A stretch of 64,000 bases of DNA, from contig CAYHCG010000001.1 in the NCBI GenBank assembly GCA_964355135.1, positions 146,138-210,137 of the forward strand, in the 5' to 3' direction. Shown one piece after another: positions 8,682 to 18,588 of this stretch; the first letter of the stretch is position 1, and every line of letters begins with the position of its first letter. A program made the translations under genes and the position numbers. This DNA comes from Candidatus Woesearchaeota archaeon (GTDB taxonomy: Archaea; Nanobdellota; Nanobdellia; Pacearchaeales; GW2011-AR1). A model generated the notes under the pieces. It had not been told where the DNA came from and searched no databases. It saw only the letters and a list, made by a program, of their open reading frames with translations.

Positions 8682-9140
8682 ATGCTAACTAAACAACAAT
8701 TATCTGAGTATAGAAACGATGTGATAGAGAAATTTGTTAATATTGAATATTTAATGAATTCCGCTATTTCTCAAAAATACTTTGGCAGGGTAAGAATTGA
8801 TTTTGTCTTTCCTTTTTTACATAGCCAGCATTTCAGCTTTGCTTTACGAATAGATGTACTGAAGAAACTGGTTAAAGATTTTAATAAGCGTATGGAGACA
8901 AAACTGCGAAGAATGAGCAACCTGCGAAATTACTTTGTACATATCAGCCCCAATTATTTTGGGCCCAATGATGAAATTACGGAAGATAATGTTGGTTATT
9001 TCCCTAATCCTGATAAACTGGAAGAAAAACTGGACTTTGAGAAATTGTACAATGAATTTATTGAGCTTAATACTGAAGTCTTGCCTTATATTGCAAATAT
9101 CTTCAGAGAGTTAGGCGGCAAGTTAGATGGGAAGAAGTGA
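8682..9140 (+). CDS. hypothetical protein with a HEPN-like R-N-x3-H motif
   Basis: LRRMSNLRNYFVH sits in an all-helical-looking 152-aa protein, resembling Abi/Swt1-type HEPN domains. Confidence 0.35.
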   Translation: MLTKQQLSEYRNDVIEKFVNIEYLMNSAISQKYFGRVRIDFVFPFLHSQHFSFALRIDVLKKLVKDFNKRMETKLRRMSNLRNYFVHISPNYFGPNDEITEDNVGYFPNPDKLEEKLDFEKLYNEFIELNTEVLPYIANIFRELGGKLDGKK

Positions 9141-9265
9141 GAGAAAAGGGCATAAGGGCACGAAGGATTTTACAGATTGGTAGAGACAAACGGAAATAGA
9201 TAATAAGTAATTGTCTAAAAGTCTAGAATAGTAATCTTTAAGTAGGCTTTTTTTGTTGAAAATTC

Positions 9266-9565
9266 ATGGTTGAAAGATCAAAGTATTATGGAGAACTCGG
9301 TGACCGGGATGCCTATAAGGCTATCAGCGAAGTAAGCACTGAAATACTAGAAGTTCAAGATCATCTCAGACAACTCAGGCCAGAAAGTCCTCTTCTCCCC
9401 CTTATAACTGTAGATGCTCCTTCTGAGACCATCTTCTTTGGCAAAGGATTTGGCGATTATATTTCCCAGCAGACAGGAGCCGCTAGAAGCAGGTTAGGCA
9501 ATTGGTTTTCTGGACTAGGACATTATATAGACTTGATGGAAACTCAAGCTCGCGAAGCTGCTTAA
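9266..9565 (+). CDS. hypothetical protein
   Basis: 99-aa ORF that looks more G+C-rich than its neighbours. No motif recognised. Confidence 0.45.
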   Translation: MVERSKYYGELGDRDAYKAISEVSTEILEVQDHLRQLRPESPLLPLITVDAPSETIFFGKGFGDYISQQTGAARSRLGNWFSGLGHYIDLMETQAREAA

Positions 9566-9622
9566 AAGGATTAAGACAGAAAAGATAATCATATTTATTA
9601 AGCACTAGGGCATTTTCTTTTC

Positions 9623-10003
9623 ATGGATGAAAATGGCTATGTTCCATTGGATACTTTAACTCGTTTTTTGTTTTCTGAGGATAGAAATGCTTTCCCCGCC
9701 ATAAGACGCATTACCTATCTTCGCGATTTAAAGCCTGCACAAGATATATTGCTAATCAGGCCAGAGTTTAGCGAAGAAAGAAAGAGATATATTGCCGCGA
9801 TTTTTCTTCCTTCTATCGGTAATTTTTTGTGGGGAAGGCAGAACTTAGAATTCAAGTCCGCTCACCCGCTTGAGCTAACTTTTCTCCAGCGCAGGGATAA
9901 GGAACCGCATATAAAGAAGGTCAGGTATTTTGGGCAGGGAAATAGTTATTGGATTGATCAGGTGACAATTGATGAAAGAAGAGTATACCTAATGAGGAAC
10001 TAA
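9623..10003 (+). CDS. hypothetical protein
   Basis: 126-aa ORF. No motif recognised. Confidence 0.45.
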   Translation: MDENGYVPLDTLTRFLFSEDRNAFPAIRRITYLRDLKPAQDILLIRPEFSEERKRYIAAIFLPSIGNFLWGRQNLEFKSAHPLELTFLQRRDKEPHIKKVRYFGQGNSYWIDQVTIDERRVYLMRN

Positions 10004-10011
10004 CGGTCAAT

Positions 10012-10425
10012 CTACTTTTTCCTCTTATAATATAAAATACCCAAAGCGATTACTATTATCCCAAGAATAGTCAGAAAGCTGTTCAAGGCATTTATCTTAA
10101 CGCCGATTAGATTGAGATAGAACACGGCTAGAGGCACTATTGCAATGCTTAAGGCGAAGCTTAATGCAATTCTTTCTATCCAATCAATACTTTTCTTATT
10201 TTCCTCTTTAGATTCGAATTCCTTTGTATGTGGAAAGAAAATATAGGATAGAATAAAACCCGGGATGAATAATACATATATTGAGCCGAAAACGATCCTG
10301 AATGATTCTGCATAGCCTAAAGAAGTAGCAGTACCTAGAACTATAGAGATTATAATTAAAGCAATGACTAAAATACCACTAATGAGAAATAATCTACCTG
10401 AATCATTGAGATTTTTCCATTTCAT
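10012..10425 (-). CDS. small polytopic membrane protein (DUF1616-like N-terminal pattern)
   Basis: Four hydrophobic segments. VLFIPGFILSYIFFP resembles the DUF1616 'lPGYal' motif. Confidence 0.45.
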   Translation of the reverse strand: MKWKNLNDSGRLFLISGILVIALIIISIVLGTATSLGYAESFRIVFGSIYVLFIPGFILSYIFFPHTKEFESKEENKKSIDWIERIALSFALSIAIVPLAVFYLNLIGVKINALNSFLTILGIIVIALGILYYKRKK

Positions 10426-10795
10426 CTGCTTCCTCCATGACTAAAAGACTTAATAGTATTATTAATATTCCTGCAATAATTGAAATTACCCATGAAAGCC
10501 ATCCTAAAGCTGAGGTTTTATACTTTATTATAGCAAAACCTAGAATTCCTAATATGCCTATGAAAATATAGTCTTTCTTTGTTGTCTTTTCATTCTTTTT
10601 AGGCGGATGATCTGAAAAAACATCTAAAATGCCTGCGATGATTACTATTATTAGAAGGTAGTTTAAATTAAGATATATAGAAACAATTCCTGACCAGATT
10701 TGTTCAACTAATAACAAGGCTAAATAAGTAACTAATAATACTTGAAAAACATGATTAACTAAAGAGGCATGGTGTCCTTTGAATAGATGCTTCAT
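10403..10795 (-). CDS. polytopic membrane protein
   Basis: 130 aa with 4 hydrophobic segments. It overlaps both neighbours, consistent with an operon. Confidence 0.55.
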   Translation of the reverse strand: MKHLFKGHHASLVNHVFQVLLVTYLALLLVEQIWSGIVSIYLNLNYLLIIVIIAGILDVFSDHPPKKNEKTTKKDYIFIGILGILGFAIIKYKTSALGWLSWVISIIAGILIILLSLLVMEEADEMEKSQ

Positions 10796-12396
10796 TTTAG
10801 CACTCCCGGCTTATGCACAGTTATATTTATCCAATCTATAGGAATTGTATTATTTTGGAATCCATCTTGAGAGAGGTGGGGCGTGTTTAAGACAAAATTT
10901 AACTTGTTATTTTTGATGAATAGCTTTTCCTCTTTAATATCAAATTCTCCTTCTGCGATAAACCAACCGGAGTCACTAGCAGGGACTTCATAATCAGTGA
11001 TTAAATAATCTACATTTTCCTTTAACCATTTAATATCATTTTTTATAGGAACGACTTTTTGTTTAAATGGTTCAAAATAATTTTTCTTAGAGAATGCTAA
11101 GTAGGAAGTGCCTGATAAAACTAGATCATTATTTGGTATTTTAAATTCGTATGTGCCTTGCGCAAGATCAAGATAAAGCGGCTTGTCTTCTTGCGAGAAA
11201 TTAAATGACTTATTCTTCCCATTTTCTAGATAAGTAATGTCTTGAATTCCTTCCCTATGGTAAGTTAATAATTCTAAATTCTCATTTCTCTTAGCTTCCG
11301 TATAAATTAAAGAGGACTTCCTCTGCAAGTTATAAACAGTGCTATCGGCCAGGTATAATTTAGTGAAGACTATCTTATTTGTATTTATTTTTATTTCCCT
11401 GATTAACCCATCAAAGTCACTAAATTCTATCTTGTAAACGCCTTCTTTAAGGTTATTTGCTTGTAGAGTTCCATTTTGTATTACTGAAACATTCTTATTG
11501 CTTATGTTTGTTATTCCATCATCTACAATGGTCATATTTGAGATAAGATTATTCTCTAAATCATAAAGGGAAACTTCCAATTCATCACTATCTTCATACC
11601 AATTGATATCCTGTTTCTTTACTTCTAGAATCAAATCGCCTTCAATATATATAAAAGCCGTGTGGCCTCCTCTTAAAGAAGTATTAATAACTGTACTTTC
11701 ACCCTCGTAATCTGAGACTATGTTGGGCAGAGGAGTATATTTTTTATCCGCTGCAACAATAATATCCCTTTCATAAATAAGTTCTTGCGGGTTTACTAGA
11801 TACAATTCTGGATTAATAAGATAGACATTTCCCCTTCTAGGGAATTGCGAAAGATTGTTGAGAGAAGGGTTGTAAATGGAATGATAGTTGTAATGCCAAA
11901 CTTCCTGATCTTTAGCACCAAGACTCATAGTCTTTACCTCTGGAAAATTATCTTTAAATCGTATTTGTATATCTACTTTTTCCGCTCCCCTTGGAATAGG
12001 AACATCGAAGTAAACTAAACCACTAGTTAAATTTCTATAAGTTGAGTTTTCTGTGACAGCTGCAGATACTCTTGTAAGGGGAGTGAGATATTGCTCTCCT
12101 TGGGCGCCTATATCGTAAAAATAATTGAACTGCTTGCTAACAATAAAGTTTGAATAAATTAAATAGCCTATGATTAACAAAGGAATCAATAGTGCGATTA
12201 TTTTTAGAATTTTAAGGTGTTTTGGTTCAGTTATATAATCAAAAGCTTTTTCTTCTATTTCTTTAACTTCCTCTGCTATTGTCTGAGGAAAACTTGACTG
12301 TTTTACCTGAAATCCTGTTAATTCTCTTTTTTTCCTATCCTCTTTCCACTGCTTATATTTCCCATCCCAATCACCTGTTACGTATGGTTTATCCAT
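10792..12396 (-). CDS. membrane-anchored extracytoplasmic protein of unknown function
   Basis: 534 aa with a single TM segment (IIALLIPLLIIGYLIYS) after a charged N-terminus. There is a 4-nt overlap with the downstream gene. Confidence 0.65.
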   Translation of the reverse strand: MDKPYVTGDWDGKYKQWKEDRKKRELTGFQVKQSSFPQTIAEEVKEIEEKAFDYITEPKHLKILKIIALLIPLLIIGYLIYSNFIVSKQFNYFYDIGAQGEQYLTPLTRVSAAVTENSTYRNLTSGLVYFDVPIPRGAEKVDIQIRFKDNFPEVKTMSLGAKDQEVWHYNYHSIYNPSLNNLSQFPRRGNVYLINPELYLVNPQELIYERDIIVAADKKYTPLPNIVSDYEGESTVINTSLRGGHTAFIYIEGDLILEVKKQDINWYEDSDELEVSLYDLENNLISNMTIVDDGITNISNKNVSVIQNGTLQANNLKEGVYKIEFSDFDGLIREIKINTNKIVFTKLYLADSTVYNLQRKSSLIYTEAKRNENLELLTYHREGIQDITYLENGKNKSFNFSQEDKPLYLDLAQGTYEFKIPNNDLVLSGTSYLAFSKKNYFEPFKQKVVPIKNDIKWLKENVDYLITDYEVPASDSGWFIAEGEFDIKEEKLFIKNNKLNFVLNTPHLSQDGFQNNTIPIDWINITVHKPGVLK

Positions 12397-12491
12397 ATAT
12401 TTTTTGCTGAAAACATTTATTTAAGCATTTGGGTAGAGAGATTTAAAGGCTATTTTCCTTCTAATGCTTCGAGTTATTGATTCCATTTAAC

Positions 12492-12848
12492 CTATCTCAA
12501 TGCCTGGCCGTTTTCTGTCAAACCCTGGAAATATTTGTATTCTGCCGGCATTCCGGTACCTACTGCAGTATATTTATAATCTCCCTTATCTAGCAGTACT
12601 CCCCTGGTTCTGTCAAATCTCAAATTCTGAACATCGCATACAATAGCAATCGTATCGATTACACTACGCCCTTCCCTGTGCCTGCAAAAAGGATCTTTTC
12701 CCTCATCATTTTTTTTATAAACGTATGGTCCAGTCAAGCCTAGAGGGTCACCAGAGTTAAAAGTCAACATGATTGATTCGGTGCCATCTGCTCTAAGATC
12801 TAGGAATTGTGCTCTGTTTGCAGGGATAATTAGAGTTGGTGTGGTCAT
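12492..12848 (-). CDS. hypothetical protein
   Basis: 118-aa ORF that looks more G+C-rich than the flanking membrane-protein genes. Confidence 0.45.
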   Translation of the reverse strand: MTTPTLIIPANRAQFLDLRADGTESIMLTFNSGDPLGLTGPYVYKKNDEGKDPFCRHREGRSVIDTIAIVCDVQNLRFDRTRGVLLDKGDYKYTAVGTGMPAEYKYFQGLTENGQALR

Positions 12849-12896
12849 TTTCTCTCTAAAATATGCGATTATTAGGCCTTTTAAGCATATCTAGAG

Positions 12897-14435
12897 TTAA
12901 CAATCATATTTGTATATTTTACTTTGATTATTCTCTAAATAAAGAGTAAAACAAGGGTTGCTAAAGTCTTTTGTGCCTGCGAAAAGGTACAAAGGCTTCC
13001 GATATACCCAAAGCATTTCTTGAGTGCTATTTTTGTCTGTTACTTTCCAGAATTCATCCCATTCACTTTGATTCCATTTGTTTTCATTAAATAATCCTGG
13101 GGCTATGGTTTTTCTCTGAGAATAGCCTAAAACCCAGGGAGAGTACTCACTTGAGATTGCTATAACTGATGCATCTTGTTCAGTTTGATTGATTTTTTGG
13201 ATTAACTCTAAGTCTTGACTAGTGATTAAAGGTGTTGCACTGTATGATTCTTGGATTGTAACAAATCCTGCGGAAAGCATCAAGATAACTGTAATTAAAA
13301 CTCCTATTTTCTTACTTTGCATTAAAAGATAGAACCCTGCGCTGGCTAGAATAATAAGCGCGATATCCAGATGGATTATAAAACGATTAAAGAAGAAAAA
13401 CTGGAAGTAGACTATTGAAGCGTTTAGTATTGTCCAGAAAAATAAAGCGTTAAATTGCTTTTTCTTTATTAGATAAATGAAGCCCAGTATGGCGAAGGGG
13501 AGGTAGGCTAAAGTTGAGAATTGATAAACAAAAAATGAGACAAACGTCCCTGCAGATTCTCCCGGAGATACGAAAGACTGAGCTAATGGAGAAATAAGCG
13601 GGAGAACTGCTTCTTTATAGAAACCAATGTAGAAAATGGCAGTTATCGCTAGAATGAGCACTCCACTCAAAACATTTCTTTTCCATTCTTTATACTGAAA
13701 TATTGTAAATAAAATATAAGACAAGCCAAAAATATACAAAGTAGGCAAATGCATTATTCCTACAATTGCGCCAAAAATAACAAATAAATATCTTTTTTCC
13801 TTCTTTAAAAATACAAAGGCCAATAAGAAGGCAGATAACGCTATAATATTTTTATAATATAAGTATGAAAATACTTTAAATTGTATAACTGAGAGCGCAA
13901 AGAGTAAAATGGCTATAATTCCTACCGTAGAATTAAAGTATTCTTTAGCAAATAAATAAACTGATACTCCCAAGAGAACGTTGAATAGAATGAACAAGCC
14001 GATTAGTATAAAATTAGAATTTACTCCTAACCCATAAAGAAAGCTAAACAGATATAGGAAACCAGGAGAGATTGCTCCTTTTACCCAAGGATCGACAGAG
14101 AAACCTTTTAGGGCAAATTCTTCAAAGGCGTACTTGTAAATTCCCGTATCGTAGCCTAGCGGAATACTATTGTCAACATAAGGAATTACTCTTACTAAAA
14201 GTATAAGAAAAATAGCCAACCCAAAAAGAACATAATGCATTTTCTTATTTAGTTTAATATGCCGAGGTTTATCCTCTGTATCCCAAACAAGTACAATGCC
14301 TAATATGCCTAAAAGTAGAGCAAACAATTCAAAATGCAGAGTATATTTCCAGAAAAAGTTCAGAGATATCAATACAACTAATACAGTATAAACAGCTATC
14401 AGCTGCCAGAAAGTGTTTTTGAGTATTTGCCGCAT
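12897..14435 (-). CDS. GT-C-like polytopic membrane glycosyltransferase (tentative)
   Basis: 512 aa with more than 10 hydrophobic segments followed by a soluble C-terminal domain. It sits in a glycosylation context. Confidence 0.45.
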   Translation of the reverse strand: MRQILKNTFWQLIAVYTVLVVLISLNFFWKYTLHFELFALLLGILGIVLVWDTEDKPRHIKLNKKMHYVLFGLAIFLILLVRVIPYVDNSIPLGYDTGIYKYAFEEFALKGFSVDPWVKGAISPGFLYLFSFLYGLGVNSNFILIGLFILFNVLLGVSVYLFAKEYFNSTVGIIAILLFALSVIQFKVFSYLYYKNIIALSAFLLAFVFLKKEKRYLFVIFGAIVGIMHLPTLYIFGLSYILFTIFQYKEWKRNVLSGVLILAITAIFYIGFYKEAVLPLISPLAQSFVSPGESAGTFVSFFVYQFSTLAYLPFAILGFIYLIKKKQFNALFFWTILNASIVYFQFFFFNRFIIHLDIALIILASAGFYLLMQSKKIGVLITVILMLSAGFVTIQESYSATPLITSQDLELIQKINQTEQDASVIAISSEYSPWVLGYSQRKTIAPGLFNENKWNQSEWDEFWKVTDKNSTQEMLWVYRKPLYLFAGTKDFSNPCFTLYLENNQSKIYKYDC

Positions 14436-14510
14436 TAAAAATCAATAAGATTTTACTTTATATACATACTTATAGAAAAATTACCTTGTTGCAGGCAGGG
14501 AATAAAGAAA

Positions 14511-14909
14511 TTATAAATTAATGTCCAACAATTTGCTTAAACTACTTAATATATCCCTAATTCTGGAAATGTTTTGCTTGATATAATTTTCATTTACCAT
14601 GAATCCCTCATAAGAAGTTCTATTTCTGTAATCCCTTATCTCCTGCAATAAAATCCTTACAGATTCCCCTAAATTATGCACCTTGCAGACATAATCTATT
14701 AATTCCTGATGTGCACCTTCTCCTTTAATTTTTATCCCTTTCGATAGAGCTAATGACTCCATCAATTTATGAATAATATCATAGTAATCCGTTAGTGTAT
14801 TTGAAGGATATTTATAGATGTCTGTTGTATTAAGTCTTTGTAGAGTTATCCTTGCCATTTCTATTAGCGCCTTTGATTTCTGAATGTCTGGAGTTATCTT
14901 TATTATCAT
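14511..14909 (-). CDS. HEPN domain protein (toxin partner of a nucleotidyltransferase)
   Basis: EIRDYRNRTSYEG matches the R-N-x3-Y HEPN (PF05168-like) motif. There is a 4-nt ATGA overlap with the upstream NTase gene. Confidence 0.75.
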   Translation of the reverse strand: MIIKITPDIQKSKALIEMARITLQRLNTTDIYKYPSNTLTDYYDIIHKLMESLALSKGIKIKGEGAHQELIDYVCKVHNLGESVRILLQEIRDYRNRTSYEGFMVNENYIKQNISRIRDILSSLSKLLDINL

Positions 14910-15445
14910 ACAAATACCTCTAGATACCCGTATAATATATTTCCGTTGATTATATTGTTCTTTAACTCCTTCGGATACTCTTTAAAATTAGAATTGAAGT
15001 GCAACTGGATTTTTCTCTTTAATGTTTTCTGGAATTTTTCCAAGCTTAAAACCTGTTTTCTTGATTCAATGAAGAGATCTATATCACTACTTTCTATATC
15101 TTCTCCTTTAGCATAAGAACCAAATAGTATGATTGAGCGAGGCATACATTTGTCTCTAACCTCAGCTATTATGCCACAATTATATATTTCTGAGAGGTTA
15201 TATGTTTTCTTTTCCATTTTATAAGAAAAGCTTTCCAGATCTGCTTTATATTCAGGAAATTTTCTTTTTCCCTTCTTTTCTATTATTTCTTTGATTAAGC
15301 CTTCTTTTTTGAGTAATGTAAGATAGTTCTTTACCGAAGTGTGGGCAAGTCCTGACTTTCTGCTTATTTCAATAAGATAATGATTTATTGACGGCTCTTC
15401 GAAAAATATTCCTGCAACTTTGAGTATATTACAATTATGTATCAT
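14906..15445 (-). CDS. wHTH-fused minimal nucleotidyltransferase (antitoxin-type MNT)
   Basis: ILFGSYAKGEDIESSDIDLFI matches the G-S-x9-D-x-D motif. An N-terminal winged-helix-like segment is present. Confidence 0.8.
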   Translation of the reverse strand: MIHNCNILKVAGIFFEEPSINHYLIEISRKSGLAHTSVKNYLTLLKKEGLIKEIIEKKGKRKFPEYKADLESFSYKMEKKTYNLSEIYNCGIIAEVRDKCMPRSIILFGSYAKGEDIESSDIDLFIESRKQVLSLEKFQKTLKRKIQLHFNSNFKEYPKELKNNIINGNILYGYLEVFV

Positions 15446-15556
15446 ATATTACTTTAATGTAATATGTATTTAAATGTTTTGCATTTTGTAAGCAAAAGTC
15501 TTTTTCGGATTGAGTCTAGCGATTATTCCTTTAGGTGCCTTGCAACTTTTGATTAA

Positions 15557-16000
15557 TTACGTTTTTGCAGGTAGAGATTGAGGGACATTTCTAGAGTAGA
15601 TAGTATCTATTACGGATTGGTCAACTTCTGCACCCATAATTTCAAGCATGCTTCTTAGTCTATCTTCTTTGGGGATCAATATTCCGTGTGCGTAATCATT
15701 CACAGTTTGTTTTGGAATGCCGGACTTTTTCGAAAAAGAGTGCTGATTAAACCCGGAGGTTCTCAGAGAATCATTAAACAATGCCGTAAAGGCAAGAGTT
15801 CTAGGCTCGGTTGCTCTTTTTTCACGCAGATGTTTCTGATAAGCAGTTGAACTAGAGAATCCTTTTTCTCTTACTATTGTCATTTGGTAAGCGGAAGCAT
15901 AGCTGATTTCCAATTTTTTTGCAATAGGGTTTACTCTTTCTCCCTCTTGGTACATTATCCATGCTTGTTCTCTCATCTCTTGAGATATTTTTCTTACCAT
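15557..16000 (-). CDS. dual-HTH DNA-binding protein (paralog of 20636-21103)
   Basis: An N-terminal HTH (REQAWIMYQEGERVNPIAKKLEISYASAY) is followed by an XRE-like HTH (FSKKSGIPKQTVNDYAHG). Confidence 0.7.
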   Translation of the reverse strand: MVRKISQEMREQAWIMYQEGERVNPIAKKLEISYASAYQMTIVREKGFSSSTAYQKHLREKRATEPRTLAFTALFNDSLRTSGFNQHSFSKKSGIPKQTVNDYAHGILIPKEDRLRSMLEIMGAEVDQSVIDTIYSRNVPQSLPAKT

Positions 16001-16110
16001 ATAATTATGGTAAAACTATCTTATTTAAATATTTTGGAAAATCTGGTTTAGTTTTAACTTTAAAGTTACTACATTACTAACATTTATAAACGATCCTCGT
16101 AGCTAATTTT

Positions 16111-16524
16111 ATGGCAAAAGTATTAGTTATGCAAGAACCTAAGTACGGAAGAACGTACGACAAGGCAGTAGAAGAAGTATGCGGACCGCATAGCAGAATC
16201 ATGTATGTGAGAAGTCTCTCTGCCTGTGCAAGGCAAATTCATGAAGGAGAGGTAGATGCGGTCATCATACCTGATGGGCAGGGAAGTGATAAAACTGTTT
16301 TTGATTTAGGCACACACTTGCGCAAATTACAGGGAACTAACTCTCCTCAACCAAGAATTTATGGATCAAGTGTAGGCATTTCAATTTATAGGGAATTTGC
16401 ATTAACTCCCGGAAGAGGATATAATCCTCATTATGCGAATGAGATGAAGGAAAGATACGGGCAAAAACCTGAAGACCTATTAAGGGGATGGCTCGCAGAC
16501 AGAGTTAAGAAAGAAACTACATAA
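16111..16524 (+). CDS. hypothetical protein (weak receiver/flavodoxin-like pattern)
   Basis: KVLVMQE...DAVIIPDG. A TATA-like TTTATAAA lies about 24 nt upstream. Confidence 0.45.
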   Translation: MAKVLVMQEPKYGRTYDKAVEEVCGPHSRIMYVRSLSACARQIHEGEVDAVIIPDGQGSDKTVFDLGTHLRKLQGTNSPQPRIYGSSVGISIYREFALTPGRGYNPHYANEMKERYGQKPEDLLRGWLADRVKKETT

Positions 16525-16526
16525 AA

Positions 16527-16844
16527 TTATTCTTTAGGTGCTTTCCCAAATGATCGTAAATTAACTTTCTTTGCAGTTTGCTTAAAGAAAATAGTGCTCA
16601 AATTATAACAAGGCATCGTATATACGCCATTATCAGCCTCATTTCTTGTAGGGTCTGCGCCATTTGTAGGCGGGCGCATAGAATATTGTACACATAGCGC
16701 ACCATCTTTTGTTATTATATCAATATAATATCCTTGTCGTTTACATCCGGAGTTACGAAAAACTAGCTCAATAGGGCTTGATTGTTGCCTATATTGGATT
16801 AATTCTCTTGTAGCTCGCTCTTTTCTACCTAGTGAACCTGTCAT
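16527..16844 (-). CDS. hypothetical protein
   Basis: 105-aa ORF. No motif recognised. Confidence 0.4.
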   Translation of the reverse strand: MTGSLGRKERATRELIQYRQQSSPIELVFRNSGCKRQGYYIDIITKDGALCVQYSMRPPTNGADPTRNEADNGVYTMPCYNLSTIFFKQTAKKVNLRSFGKAPKE

Positions 16845-16934
16845 AAAAAATACAAAAAGAGCGAGTTCTTAAGGATTTATGTCAAGAACACTTCGAGAAT
16901 AAATTTTTAAATACTTAATATACTTCTAATTAAC

Positions 16935-17888
16935 ATGGGATGGTTTGATACTCCAGAAGAACAAAACAGAAAAGATAATGAAAATTATGCGCGAGGAGTA
17001 GAAGATGGACAGAACGAAAGTTTTTTGGGAAGCATATTTCATGACATAGGTCAGACGATTGGAGACATTATACCTGTTCCTGAATGTGAAGAATCTGCAA
17101 GAAGTAGGGAGAATTACGAATCTGGCCGTGCATATGGAAGGGAAAACCCTGCCAGCAGTTCATCAGACGATGACAATGATTCAAGTGATGATTCAAGTAG
17201 CGATTCGTCAAGTTATGATTATAGTTCTTCGGATTCGGATGATGAAGAATATTACCCTACGCCAACTGCTCCTGCCCGTTATGTTGCTCCTGCACCAAAA
17301 GTCATCAGTCCAGAAGAACTAGCAAGAAGAGAAAGAAAAAACATTGCAGATAAAGTTGCAGGCATGACTTCAAAGGAAAGAGATGAAGCGCTGAAAAGGG
17401 AATACGAAGATGGAAAGGCAATATACAATGAACCAGATGAGAGAGTGCGCATGCAGATTATAAATTATCAAGTTATGGAAAAGTCTAATGATATATATGG
17501 AGTTATTATAATGAGCAGACAAGAAGATGAAACGTGGAGAGAGGCCGCTCAAGATAGGTTAGAAGTTCTTCTAAGGAAACATCCAGAAGTAAAGCACTTA
17601 GTAGATATGAACCCAAATATGCTTCTTGCATATGGCAGGAATCCAGATACCCAAGGAATAGAGGCACTTACCCAAGCAAGAGGTATTGAAACTGAGAAGA
17701 GTGAGGAGAAAAGAATAATGGCTCAGATAGACGCGATGACCAGAGATGAAGTATACACCTATTATGAAAATGCTCAGAAGGGTTCTATGCGCATTTATGC
17801 GCTAACAAGATACCATAAGATGCCAGATAAAAACGCAACTTTCTTAGGATTTTTAGGCAATGTTGCTAAAGCTATCTTTGGGAAATAA
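16935..17888 (+). CDS. head-domain family protein A (type-1 head, soluble tail with a C-terminal amphipathic segment)
   Basis: MGWFDTPEEQNRKDNENYARGVEDGQN head, then a Ser/Asp-rich linker, then a tail homologous to 18589-19323 (SNDIYGVIIMSR...RLEVLLRKHPEVKHLV). It ends FLGFLGNVAKAIFGK. Confidence 0.75.
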   Translation: MGWFDTPEEQNRKDNENYARGVEDGQNESFLGSIFHDIGQTIGDIIPVPECEESARSRENYESGRAYGRENPASSSSDDDNDSSDDSSSDSSSYDYSSSDSDDEEYYPTPTAPARYVAPAPKVISPEELARRERKNIADKVAGMTSKERDEALKREYEDGKAIYNEPDERVRMQIINYQVMEKSNDIYGVIIMSRQEDETWREAAQDRLEVLLRKHPEVKHLVDMNPNMLLAYGRNPDTQGIEALTQARGIETEKSEEKRIMAQIDAMTRDEVYTYYENAQKGSMRIYALTRYHKMPDKNATFLGFLGNVAKAIFGK

Positions 17889-17986
17889 AAATCTTTAAAC
17901 AAGCTTAAAGCACGCGGTTTTCTGCCTAAGTAATCTTGACATAAAAAAGAATAAATTTTTAAATAGTTTAAATTCTTATAATAAAC

Positions 17987-18586
17987 ATGACACAAGAAGA
18001 AGATAATGCTCTATACGAACTTGGAAGAAGGGATGGAGAGAACTCTACGTTTATGGATGGACTTGCCGGGATAGCAGGAAGCTTAATTCCCAATACTGCA
18101 GAAGGATTAAGGGAAAAAAAAATTTATGAGGCCGGATATAAATATAGCCTGGAACATAGGCATGATGGTGACCTTGCTTTCTGGGAACTTCCTAAAAACT
18201 CCTCTAGCCCCGATACATCATCATATGATGAGGAAGTGGAGACTGTAGAAGAAAGTTCAACAGAATACTCAAGCTCATCAGATGAAGAATCATGGTCTTC
18301 TCGCGCAAAGTCCGGACTTGGTTTATTAGTTTCCTTTGGTGTTATTAGTCTTTTGTCATTAGGCGGATTGGTATTAACCGGAATAATAATTACTAAAAAT
18401 AAAACCTCTGCGACTCCTTCGCAAGGGTATTTTATTTTAAATGATACTCCCAAGGAATCTAAACCCTATTTCATTTTAAATGATAAACCTCCATTGCCAA
18501 AACATTATAATGGATCGCCAAAATATCCCAAAGGCAACTATAATGGTCCAGATGATTTTGGCGGAGCAGCCCCTAGTCGGAGATAA
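17987..18586 (+). CDS. head-domain family protein B (type-2 head, single TM)
   Basis: MTQEEDNALYELGRRDGEN head, an acidic Ser-rich linker, and the TM segment GLGLLVSFGVISLLSLGGLVLTGIII. Confidence 0.7.
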   Translation: MTQEEDNALYELGRRDGENSTFMDGLAGIAGSLIPNTAEGLREKKIYEAGYKYSLEHRHDGDLAFWELPKNSSSPDTSSYDEEVETVEESSTEYSSSSDEESWSSRAKSGLGLLVSFGVISLLSLGGLVLTGIIITKNKTSATPSQGYFILNDTPKESKPYFILNDKPPLPKHYNGSPKYPKGNYNGPDDFGGAAPSRR

Positions 18587-18588
18587 AA

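Noticed and set aside
15527-15548. Similarity of ATTATTCCTTTAGGTGCCTTGC to the 3' end of 16527-16844 (ATTATTCTTTAGGTGCTTTCC), considered as a third target-end duplication flanking the NTase-HEPN pair 14511-15445
   Set aside because: It is only about 20 nt with indels. The orientation and geometry do not match the two clear cases, so it could be chance in AT-rich sequence.
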